A stretch of 64,000 bases of DNA, from the NCBI GenBank assembly GCA_951406725.2, contig OX597834.1:33790001-33854000 (forward strand), given 5' to 3'. Of this stretch, positions 52,081 through 64,000 are shown one piece after another (within the stretch, counting starts at the first letter, position 1; the number at the start of each line of letters is the position of its first letter). Under the pieces are notes generated by a model that was not told the DNA's origin, ran no database searches, and saw only the letters and a program-made list of their open reading frames with translations. Source of the stretch: Octopus vulgaris (lineage: Eukaryota). The position numbers and the translations under genes were made by a program.

Positions 52081-52205
52081 CCTCCGGAAGTCTTAACGAC
52101 GTCGTCTTGAGGCGGGGGTGGGAATTCTCCAGCTGGGGAGCCTGGGGTGCCACCTGGCTGTGGTGGCAAGTGATCAGGTTGTTGAGCAGTTGCAGAGCCA
52201 GTCAA
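52081..52205 (-). CDS. myo3: Myosin III-like proline-rich tail exon (125 nt, phase 0-2)
   Basis: tcttttag|TTG; LTGSATAQQPDHLPPQPGGTPGSPAGEFPPPPQDDVVKTSG; GG|gtaagc; supplies the phase change needed between its neighbours. Confidence 0.8.
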
Positions 52206-52233
52206 CTAAAAGATAATAATAATGATGATAATC

Positions 52234-52266
<33 letters not shown>

Positions 52267-52374
52267 GCAACATAGAGGTCAAAATAAACAAACAGTGTGT
52301 GAGTTTAGATTTTGCAATTCCCTATGATAGCAGAATCGATACCAAAGAAATATGGTATTATGAGGATGACGATT

Positions 52375-53291
52375 AGTCTCCCTTTCAACAGCGCTCTACA
52401 TGTAGTAGTCCATGGGGGTTCAAATCTGGTGAGTTCGGAGGCCACATATTGGGTGCTACATAATCGTAAAAATTATCTGACGACCATTCTTGGATGAGTA
52501 GGGCTTTGTGAGAGGGTGCTGAGTCTTGTCGAAACACGTATGACTTCCCGTTGCATACTTCATCAATCCAGGGCTTGATAACAGTTTCCAGTACCTCAAT
52601 GTATCCAGCAGCCTTAATTCCAAGACCCTGTAGAAAAAAGTGGGGCGGCATCACATGACCTTCACTACTTACCATTCCTAAAACCATCACAGTTGCTGGA
52701 AATTTCGTGTGCATCACTCTGGGTACTTCAGAAAGATCTGCACATAACCACCAGTCATTTCATCTGTTAGACTTTTGATCCTGATCAAAGTTTCTTCATC
52801 AGAGAAAAACCAAAGCAAACCTTGTTCATGAAGGTTTTCAACAGAAGAAACGGTTTTCCTGTCTTTCTAGACATGAATTGGCCTTTCCTCATTACATAGG
52901 ACTTGTATCGAATGTCACGATGTACCACAGTTCTGATAGTCCACTCTGACACCCAAAGTTTTTTAGCAATGGATGTCATTGACTTTCTGGGGTTTTCATC
53001 GATAATGTTTTGAACATGCTGTATAAATTCCAGTGTCCTTTTAGTGTCTGAGCATTGTGAAGCATTACCATCACATGCCTCCAATTCCAACCGAACTTTG
53101 TGTACAAAAGATCTTGCAACATTTAGAAAGTTGCTAATTTCTAAATCGCTGTGGTTTGCGTGTATAGCAACTATGACTGCATGTTTTTTCATTTCTTGAA
53201 AGGGTTATGGGAAAATAACAATGCTACATTAAATAATTTGAAGGTGTAATGAACTAAAAACGAAATGTCCTCAAATACCCCTCACACCCTG
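52375..53291 (-). mobile_element. Tc1/mariner superfamily (maT/DD37D-like) relic, 3'-truncated
   Basis: 5' end TA|CAGGGTG; HTH ORF 52785-53192; VMVLGMVSSEG, FRQDSAPSH, WPPNSPDLNP. Confidence 0.85.
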
Positions 53292-53297
53292 TATATA

Positions 53298-53348
<51 letters not shown>

Positions 53349-53350
<2 letters not shown>

Positions 53351-53572
53351 CTTTACTATCCACAAGGGGCTAAACACAGAGGGGACAAACAAGGACAGAC
53401 AAACGGATTAAGTCGATTATATCGACCCCAGTGCGAAACTGGTACTTTATTGACCCCGAAAGGATGAAAGGCAAAGTCGACCTCGGCGGAATTCGAACTC
53501 AGAACGTAACGACAGACGAAATACCGCTAAGCATTTTGCCCTGCACGCTAACGTTTCTGCCAGCTCACCGCC
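53349..53572 (-). mobile_element. Young full-length family A SINE
   Basis: GGCGGTGAGCTGGCAGAAACGTTAGC...GAGTTCGAATTCC...GTAAAGAAAT, near-identical to the copies at 1-137 and 1081. Confidence 0.85.
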
Positions 53573-53580
53573 TGTGTGTG

Positions 53581-53618
<38 letters not shown>

Positions 53619-54233
53619 CACACACATGCACATAAATGTATTTGTATACATACACATACTGATATATAGGCCATGTAGGTTTATATACATACACAAAGTA
53701 TATACACTCTTTTAAGAGTGAGTGCTACAATGTCTAACATGTCTGCACACTAACGCTGCAGCAAATACCTGTGAAAGTGCAGTGCTGTGCAGTGCACCGG
53801 TGCACCTATGTGCAAATCTATGTGATGAGAAAGAAGAAAAAGAGAAGTTCTACTTCAAGCAATGTGAGCTGGTTTGATGTGGGTCCTGGATGTAAGAGGA
53901 AGATGTGGTGGAGGATTGAACCCGGGAAAATTGTTTTTAAGGATACTCACCTTTCTGCGTCAGTTTATATACCTCTTCAGATATTCAGATAACAACAACA
54001 ACAGCAACAAAGATGATAATGGCAAGGATGATGACGAGGCCTTAAATTTAGGGGAAGGGGACGAGTCAATTACATGGACCCCCAGTGCGTAACTGGTACT
54101 TAATTTATCAACCCTGAAAGGATGAAAGGTAAAGTCAACCTTGGCGGAACCTGGCCTTAGAACATAGCGATAGGTGAAATATTGTTAAGCATTTCATCCA
54201 GCATGCTAACGATTCTGGCAGCTCACTGCCTTC

Positions 54234-54284
<51 letters not shown>

Positions 54285-54536
54285 GTAACAATAATGATCG
54301 TTTCTACAATGGGCACAGTACCTGAAATTTGAGGGGATGGGCGGGGGCGAGGGTGAGAAAGCTAGTTGATTTCATCAACACTAGTACTTGACTGGTACCT
54401 TATTTTATCAATCCTGAAGGACAGAAAGGTAAAGTCAACCTTTGCAGAATTTGAACAGAGAATGTAAAGACAGGTGACATGCCACACAAAGCATTTTGTC
54501 TGTCAGGGGTGCTAATAATTCTGTTAGCTTGCTGCT

Positions 54537-54590
<54 letters not shown>

Positions 54591-56573
54591 TAATAATAAT
54601 AATCATTATCATTATTGGCCTAGTGGTTAAGGTGTTGGACTTTTGATCATGAGAGCTTGGTTTCAATTCCTAAACAGGGTGGTGCATTGTGTTCTTGAGC
54701 AAAAATCTTCATCTCATGTTGCTCTGCAGTCACTCCTACACCTGATGTGTGGCACACCATTCACCTGTTTAGGCAACGTCAATTTGATGGGGTGAGACAG
54801 CGAGCTGATGTGCAGCACAAATGTTTCGATCACTTTAAAACAAACCCTTTGTGCAGGTCATTCAGTAAAAAGTTGAACACTCACACATCATCTTTGACAA
54901 AAGAGTCCATCATTATTCCTGATACTGATACAAGATCAGACTGTTTATGGAGGTGAAGCAGTTGGCTATATTCTCGTCAGTATAAGACTGGTATTTTGGT
55001 TTATCAACTATGGCAGGAATTGATCCTGGAACCGACAAAGATAGGATTAAATACCACAGAGCATTTCATCCAATGCTTCATTGATTCTGTGAAAGAACAT
55101 GGTCCAGGGGTTTAGGTATTGGATTCATGGTTCTAAAATCATTGGGTTGATTTCCAAACTGGCTGGCACACTGTATCCTTGAGCAAGACACTTCATTTCA
55201 TGCTGCTTCGGATGGCTCAGCTGAAAATGAGTATCAGTTTCAGCTAGGGTTTAACCCTGGGGTTAACTGGTATCCTATTGGAAGAAGGGGATAATCCTTA
55301 GTCGCAACAGCTTAACATACTTCAGGAAACCAGACAAGTTTTGATCTTATGAGGTTTGAGGCAGATCAGACATTCAAGTAATCCATTAGCTTTCACAAAA
55401 TCACTTGAGACATTTTGTCGCTCTACAAACTTCACAAATCCATCATACATTTTAAGAGAGGGCCATGGCTGACCAAGGGAATGACAGAAACATCATGCTG
55501 CAACACTGTGTGTGTATACACACATATGTATGTGTGTGTGTATGTGTATATATATATATTATATTATATTTGAAATTTTATACTTATATTTCCTTGTCTA
55601 TATACATTTAATGTATATTTTGTATAATGCCTTTACTGATATGTAATGGTGTAATAAAGTATTGATTGGGTATCATCTGATAGTTGATGTTTTATTGATT
55701 TAAGTATGTTTCTCCATTTTCTAATTTTGTTATATATATATATATATATATATCTGAGTGTTATACTAATACATCTGTTTGTTTTATACACCACCTGTCT
55801 TCGTCTTTTGTTTTTTCGCGAACTCTCCCTATATATGTATATGTGTGTGTGTGGATCAAAACAGTTTGATTCTAACTCCTTGGTACTCTAAGTTTCAAGC
55901 ATGTCACTAGTCTTCAACCATTGGAGTCATATATATATTCATACACACACACACACACACACACGAGGAGTGCTGATAAGTCTGTAGCTTTGGGTAAAAG
56001 AAAATTTAGGCAGATCAGTTAATTATGATTTTATTCAACAAATTCCCCTCTCAGATTCACACACTTATTGTAGCAGTCCTTCAGTTTTTCTAAGTCCCGT
56101 GTGTGTGTGTTCCTACATCCCTTCTCATCAGAAAGTGTTGTGTGTATACACCACTAACCCTAACACTTCTTGTAAGACAAAAGAGAATTTTTTCATATTT
56201 TTCCTTATTTAGAAAGCAATGCTTATATATATATATATATATATATAAAGACCCCTTCGGTCATGAATGACCATGGGATTGCACCTAGAAAGTTACCCTC
56301 CTAGACACAAGTCCGGGCACGGTTGTTTATGGAAGACCAGCAGTCGCCCATGCATACCAGCCTCCCTCTCCACACCACTGATGTTATCCAAAGGAAAGAC
56401 AAAGGTCGATACAGCTTGGCACCAGTGACGTCGCAACTCATTTCTACAGCTGAGTGAACTGGAGCAACGTGAAATAAAGTGCCTTGCTCAAGAACACAAC
56501 ACCCAGCCCAGGATTCGAGCTCACAACCTCACGATCGTAAGCTCGACGCTCTAACCACTGAGCCATGCGCCTT

Positions 56574-56627
<54 letters not shown>

Positions 56628-56776
56628 CACATACACACATACATGTGTGTGTGTGTGTATATATATATATATACACACACACACTACATACCCCATCACA
56701 TACATATATATATAAATAAAATGAAGAGTGAAATGGTGTGGAGGAAAGAAAGAAGCGTGCCAAGCATCTAACTTAC

Positions 56777-56935
56777 GGCATCGTAATACGGTGTACGTCC
56801 CACCTGTTTTGAATCAAACATTTTCTTTTTGAATTTCTCAAGAGTTTCCCCGACTAAATCTGAAGAACTCTTTGCCTTGTAGTCGTAGTTTGTGGCTATT
56901 TGCCAGGTGTAAATATCAAAGTTGTAAATCTGAAC
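56777..56935 (-). CDS. myo3: Myosin III-like post-IQ exon (159 nt, phase 0-0)
   Basis: ttttgcag|GTT; VQIYNFDIYTWQIATNYDY...GRTPYYDA; |gtaagt. Confidence 0.8.
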
Positions 56936-57939
56936 CTGCAAAATGTAAAAAAAATATCGTTAGTACTCTGTGTTGTTGAAGACTGTGTCCTAGGATTCAA
57001 TGGCTTGGGTCACAATCTGAAACGAAACAACTGATGTGCTCAACAATAACCAGCAATACCTCACACACACACACAACATACATGCCATTCACAAGAAGTC
57101 TAAATTTTGAATATACAGACTATTTTCATATTCATGGTGCTGGTGGCACGTAAAAAGCACCATCCGAATGTGGCCGATGCCAGCGCCGCCTTAACAGGCT
57201 TCTGTGCCGGTGGCACATAAAAAGCACCAACTGATTGTGGCTGCTGCCAGCCTCCCCTGGCACCTGTGCTGGTGGCACGTAAAAAGCACCCACTACACTC
57301 ACAGAGTGGTTGGCGTTAGGAAGGGCATCCAGCTGTAGAAACACTGCCAGGTCAGACTGGAGCCTGGTGCAGCCGCCTGGCTTCCCAGATCCCTGGTCGA
57401 ACCGTCCAACCCGTGCTAGCACGGAAAACGGACGTTAAACGGTAATGATGATGATGTTGTACTTTCATTTTTTACTTGTTTCATCATATTTCAATCGTTA
57501 TACTGTGACCATGCTGGGGCACCCTCTTGAAAATTTTTTTAGTCAAACGAATCAACTTCAGTACTTCATATATATATATATATATATGTTTCTTTTTCCA
57601 AGCCTGACACTTATTCTATTAGTCTCTTTTGCTGAACTGCTTAGTTTACAAGGATGTAAACACACTAACACCGGTTGTCAAGTGGTGGTGAGGGACAAAC
57701 GCAGACACACTCACACGATTATATATACCCTACAGGCTTCTTTCAGCTTCCATCTAGCAAATCCATTCACAAGGCTTTGGTTGGCCCGAGATTATAATGG
57801 AAGACACAAGGTGCCATGCAGTGGGATTGAACCCAAAACCATGTGGCTGGGGAGCAGGCTTCTCACCACACATGGGCACCAACAATTAAGAACTAATAAA
57901 ATATTTATTATCTGCCAAGAATTTGGTAAAGTCACTTAC

Positions 57940-58124
57940 TGCTTCCACAAAGTCTTCATACTGCATCTCTTTGTGGGTTTTCAGGAATAGAAGCTGCTGG
58001 AAGAAGGTACGGCACTTCCATGTGCGGTAGTATGCCTGCAGGATTATTGCTGCACGGACTTCCCTGATTTGGCTATCGTCCATCATCTTCTTGCTGGATT
58101 TCTTCAGCATGTATCTTCGGTAAG
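57940..58124 (-). CDS. myo3: Myosin III-like IQ exon (185 nt, phase 1-0)
   Basis: Completes IQRSYRRYMLKK and contains AAIILQAYYRTWKCRT; tgtgcag| and |gtaagt. Confidence 0.9.
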
Positions 58125-58145
58125 CTGCACAAAAGAGACAGGCAC

Positions 58146-58315
58146 AGATAGAAAGATAGATAGATAAATAAATAAATGGATGGATGGATAGATAGAGAGA
58201 GAGGCAGATAGATAGATAGGCAGACATACAGACAGGCAGATAAATAGATAGATAGATAAATAGATAGATAGATGGGTACATAGATAGACAGAGAGATAGA
58301 TAGAGATAGGTAGAT

Positions 58316-58372
<57 letters not shown>

Positions 58373-58397
58373 CAGATAGATAGATAGATAAATAGAC

Positions 58398-58429
<32 letters not shown>

Positions 58430-58525
58430 GGGTACATAGATAGATAGAGAGATAAATAGATAGAGAGATAGATAGAGATAGGTAGATATAGATAGATAGA
58501 TAGATAGCTAGATAGATAGATAGAG

Positions 58526-58568
<43 letters not shown>

Positions 58569-58700
58569 GAGATAGATAGATAGATAGATAGAGAGATAGA
58601 TAGATGGGTACATAGATAGGTAGAGAGATAGATAGATAGATAGATAGATGGGTACATAGATAGATAGAGAGATAGATAGATAGGCAGACAGACAGACAGA
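58146..58700. repeat. (GATA)n microsatellite with higher-order variants
   Basis: Direct inspection. Confidence 0.95.
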
Positions 58701-58944
58701 TATGTATTAAAACAAAAGACTGGAATATTTGGTATCATTTTAATGCAATGTTGCACATGTTGTGTCGGATGTAGTATGACAGTGTGGCATATAGTCTGGG
58801 AATGTGTGGGACATGTTGCATGCGATGTATTTGTGATAACGTGCTTCTGTCGCATCGAGTACAATGTGACAATCAGATGATCTCTGATACAAAAACTCTT
58901 AAAGCAAAACTCTTAAAATTCAGCAACGATAGGCTGCTACGTAC

Positions 58945-59145
58945 ATCTTTGAATTGTAATGGCAGCATGTTCCTCGTTGGTCAATTGCGATCCTCTGCGC
59001 TTCCTTTTTTCTTTTTTTTTATTCTCTTTCTTTCGTTGCTGATAACCTCTGAATTGCGACTGCACTAAAGTTGCAGCTTGTTCTTGTTGTTTTCGTTCTT
59101 CTTTTTTCACTTCGGCAACTTTTCGACCGCGGTGACCTCGATAAC
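58945..59145 (-). CDS. myo3: Myosin III-like IQ exon (201 nt, phase 1-1)
   Basis: YRGHRGRK..AATLVQSQFRGYQQRK..KRRGSQLTNEEHAAITIQR; cttttag| and T|gtacgt. Confidence 0.9.
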
Positions 59146-59535
59146 CTAAAAGAATAAATTATAGCAATTTACACACACACACATGAACACATAAATATAT
59201 ATATATAGTGATGCATGTATGCCATTTGAATATGGCTAACCCATAAGGGTGGATGCTACTGTAGTTTGTAGCCCCAGGAAGATATCTCCTCCAGCTGGCT
59301 ATAGACACACTATCTGTGTCCTGTCAGTATTTGTGAAGGGGAGTCATCCTCCCCGTCTTCAACACATGATACACACGTACCCGAGTTTCAAGGTGTTTAC
59401 CTTTCATCAGCGTGTGACAATCATGGTTGTCGATGAGAAGTCAGATCCCTTCACAAATACATATACTTTTTCCAGTGTCGATTTGACACTGATATTGAAA
59501 AAGTGAAATCAAACAATGATAAATCTCAGAGCGAG

Positions 59536-59578
<43 letters not shown>

Positions 59579-60082
59579 CAATGGGCTTCTTTCAGTTTCT
59601 GTGTACCAAATCCACTCACAAGGCTTTGTTTGGCCTAAGGCTATGGTAGAAGATACTAGCCCAAGGTGCCATACAGTAGGACTGAACCTGGAACCATGGG
59701 GTTGGGAAGCAAGCTTCTTCCCACACAGCCACGCCTGCACCTATTATTTTCCTGGTTGTGTAATTAACGAGGCAGACACATAATAATAATATATTTGAAA
59801 ATATCTGTTAAACCAGCATTTGAAAAACTTTTATTTTATGATAAAATGAATGAAGGGCAAAAACATATGCTGTCCCCTGTCCAGGACGAAACGTTGGTAA
59901 TAATTAAGATCAAAGCATTGATCACATCATTCCCATAATTAAAGCGTTATTAACAGAAGTTCTGATTAAAATGCTTGGGAGAATAGATCAATAAATAAAT
60001 AATTATTTTAAAAAAAAATTTTCAAGTGAACAAATAAAGAATCAAAGAAATAAAAAAAAAAACAAACAACAAATGACTGTAC

Positions 60083-60182
60083 TTTTTTGGATTTTGATGG
60101 CTTTCTCTTCCAGCACTTTCTGTTCGCGGATCTTTTCACATTGAGCTACCAATTCTTCAACATGATAATATCGTAGAAATAC
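60083..60182 (-). CDS. myo3: Myosin III-like converter/first IQ exon (100 nt, phase 0-1)
   Basis: [11 protein letters not shown]...KAIKIQK; GKTK|VFL.YYH is typical of class III myosins. Confidence 0.9.
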
Positions 60183-60229
60183 CTGTGGGAGACACAGCCA
60201 CATGGAGGTAAATAAATGAATAAATAAAT

Positions 60230-61545
<1,316 letters not shown>

Positions 61546-61880
61546 AAATGTTGAAGCCCTGCTGAATGCAATCTTCATCATACCTTACATTCTACTCTCA
61601 GTATAAAGTCTTCCACCAATAAATATTCCATTGTTGTTCTTACACTTGTTTGAAATTGTGTCTGTGTGTGTAATGAAGACATACCAAGCATTGATATTTT
61701 GAATGCATTTAATACATGTGTTTCAAGTAATTATATAAGTAAAAATGTTCTCTTAACAAAATAACTTACTCAGATAAGACATTTCAAACAAGTGTAAGAA
61801 CAATGGAATATTTATTGGTGGAAGACTTTATACTGAGAGTAAGGTATGATGAAGATTGCATTCAGCAGGTCTTCAAGATT
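61546..61880. repeat. Fold-back element with about 110-bp inverted arms and a degenerate hammerhead-like centre
   Basis: CTGCTGAATGCAATCTTCATCATACCTTAC... mirrored at 61773-61880; - strand centre CTGAGTAAGT...ACTTGAAACACATGTA. Confidence 0.75.
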
Positions 61881-61933
61881 TGCTCATCAATGTTTTTACC
61901 TAATAAAGAAAACTTTGCCTGCAAGAGTTTTAT

Positions 61934-62297
61934 TCTATATATATATAAACGGCAAAATGTCTGTGTGTGTGTCCTTTATACAAATCCACAATTTTTCAGT
62001 TAGAGGGCTCGCACTTTCTATGGTCATTCAAAACTGTCCAAGGGTGGTCGTGCACATCTTTACATTTCCCCAGTCACCCTGCAAAGCTATTGAAAAATCA
62101 ATAGAAGTGACTTTTTTGTGAATTTTCTATCCAAAACCCAATCAAAATGCCCGAAACTTGATACGCCAATTGAATGCCAGCTAGCAGCATGTGATTGGTC
62201 GGAGATTTGGACAGTACTCGCATGTATGTGCGCATGCACACAGCTGTATATGCATGCACTAGCACTATGACCCAGCGTTGCCGGGTCATAGTGCTAG
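61934..62297 (+). mobile_element. Non-autonomous Helitron
   Basis: 5' TC(TA)n; 3' hairpin GACCCAGCGTTGCCGGGTC followed by CTAG and a flanking T. Confidence 0.8.
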
Positions 62298-62328
<31 letters not shown>

Positions 62329-62433
62329 TAATAATAAGTAATTACAAAGTATTGAGACCTCAATATTAGATAAATAGAGGATTATTTATATATGTTAAAA
62401 TTTAAAACAAATTTAGAAAAAAGTAAAAGGTTG

Positions 62434-62505
62434 TCATTATAGGACTTGGAGTTTCAAATGTTGGAGCGTGGAGCTACAATACATTTTCATCGGCTATTAA
62501 TGGCA
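62434..62505 (-). ncRNA. Hammerhead ribozyme core with one core substitution
   Basis: ATAG-CCGATGA-AAATGT..ACATTT-GAAACT-CCA-AGTC-CTAT; helices I-III all pair; CUGA has become CCGA. Confidence 0.55.
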
Positions 62506-62626
62506 ACAGATGCTATGACAAAAAAATGTTGAGTATGTCTGGGAGTCAGTCAAGTCAGTTTGGGTCTAGGGTGGAACAAAGAAAGGGTTTGGATGTCAAA
62601 CAACTGAAGATAGTGGTGGCACTTAC

Positions 62627-62738
62627 TTTGGTTTTGCCAAAGGCATAGTCACTGAATCCCACATGCTGTAGAAGTGAAGAACAGTTCTCTGCCCTTGCTT
62701 TTGGTGCTTTTACCCAGCTGGGCATCAGTACGTAGTAC
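62627..62738 (-). CDS. myo3: Myosin III-like motor (converter) exon (112 nt, phase 2-0)
   Basis: YYVLMPSW...NCSSLLQHVGFSDYAFGKTK; atttgcag| and |gtaagt. Confidence 0.92.
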
Positions 62739-63223
62739 CTGCAAATGATAATTTGAATGCTGACATGATTAGGAGAATTTAGGTGCATGTGGTGGCATTC
62801 ATTCTTTTCTATCCCTGAACTACATCAAAAAATGTGATCCTTTATAGTGAAACAATTGTTCCTTTTAAGGAACATTGCATATGTAAATGTGGATATGTTA
62901 ACCTTTTAGCATTTAAAAGGGCCATGTCCTGCCCAGATATTCTACTTGTTTTTTCTTCAAACCGGCCGGATCTGGTCTCTCACATTTAGCCCACAATGTC
63001 ATTTTAGAAACAAACAAACAAACACAACACCGAAATCTCAAAGCTATGAGAGAATTCATGATTACTTCAAAACAAAGTTAATACACAAGTGTTTGATAGA
63101 ATAAAATGAATGCTAAAGGGCCAAGAGGGGTGTGTGTGTATTTATGTATGTATTCTATATATGTATGTATGTATGTGTTCTATATATGAATGTACATTAT
63201 GATATTTGTATGCATAATATGGC

Positions 63224-63254
<31 letters not shown>

Positions 63255-63954
63255 GGAGTGTACAGTACATGTACGTACTACGAAGCTACAACAACAACTA
63301 TACCACCCAACACCACCACTACCACGAAGAACAGGAGGCAAACACTCATCAATTTTCCCAAAATTATCCCCCCCCATCAACCCCCACTTCGCTCCACTTC
63401 ATCCCACACCACCGATAACAACCCCCTCACTCACACCTCATACCACTAATAATAACCTACAGGTTGCTCGATGTCACCCTCATGTCACCAACGCTAACCT
63501 GACATCCTTCAACGACAACGCCCTACCACTCAACTTCCACAACTCCCCAACAATAACTCTGAACCATTAAATTCATACGATCTCACTACTAACTTCAACC
63601 AACATCATCAACAATACACCCTGACCCCAATACCACTGACGATAATTCTCTACCACTCCCCCACCCCAGCAACAAACTGACAAAAACCCTGTGCCATCAA
63701 ATTCATATGCCTTCACTACTAACCCTAACCCATAATGCTAACCCTGACCCACACCACCAACCATACACCCCCACTCTTGACACTAGCCCTAACTCCCCCC
63801 CCCGCGCCACTGACGATAATGTTCTGTCACTCAACCCCCCCCCCCAACACACCAACAATAAATGACTACACTGTCAGTCATACACCCACACACCCCCAAC
63901 CTTATACACTGCAAGCCGCCCCATGCTGTTATGCCACCGATGTGCGATACATAC

Positions 63955-64000
63955 CGTTGCAAAAACTCTCCGAAGGGAATACGATGAGAGAAACCTTCTC
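63955..64000 (-). CDS. myo3: Myosin III-like motor exon, partial (runs off the window)
   Basis: EGFSHRIPFGEFLQR then |gtatgt, phase 2; matches the myosin G(F/Y)..R..F.EF..RY motif. Confidence 0.88.

Noticed and set aside
52270-52350. KQCVSLDFAIPYDSRIDTKE, resembling an RLE endonuclease of R4/NeSL-type LINEs
   Set aside because: Too short to call confidently
55321-55468. Possible myosin exon (cag|CCATGG...|gtatgt)
   Set aside because: In-frame stop just before the donor and repeat-like context
63560-63900. Telomeric repeats
   Set aside because: Only isolated TAACCC units inside a C/A-rich degenerate intronic repeat

Overview
AT-rich, repeat-dense eukaryotic (animal) DNA. The SINE/LINE families and very long (TA)n/(GATA)n tracts look like an octopus or other coleoid cephalopod genome, which is an inference from the repeat landscape. 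Two convergent protein-coding genes can be assembled by hand. (1) A complete ASB8 (ankyrin repeat and SOCS box 8) on the + strand, with coding exons 10206-10436 and 14635-15267 giving 287 aa. (2) The 3' part of a class III-like myosin on the - strand, with 13 phase-consistent coding exons from the window end (64000) to a stop at 29267. It covers the end of the motor/converter, 4 IQ motifs and a very long tail with an EFPPPPQDD motif, a 2178-nt cassette-like exon and a terminal DLRSVL motif. The rest is mostly transposon debris: a Helitron Pif1-helicase relic, two non-autonomous Helitrons, mariner/maT relics, MITEs, CR1/RTE/Penelope fragments and many tRNA-derived SINEs. The most notable non-coding observations are several type I hammerhead-ribozyme cores in short, (TA)n-flanked fold-back elements of probable Penelope origin, a 37-bp tandem array of AATAAA signals behind ASB8, and candidate microexons in the myosin tail. 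All splice and structure calls were made by eye and need RNA evidence.
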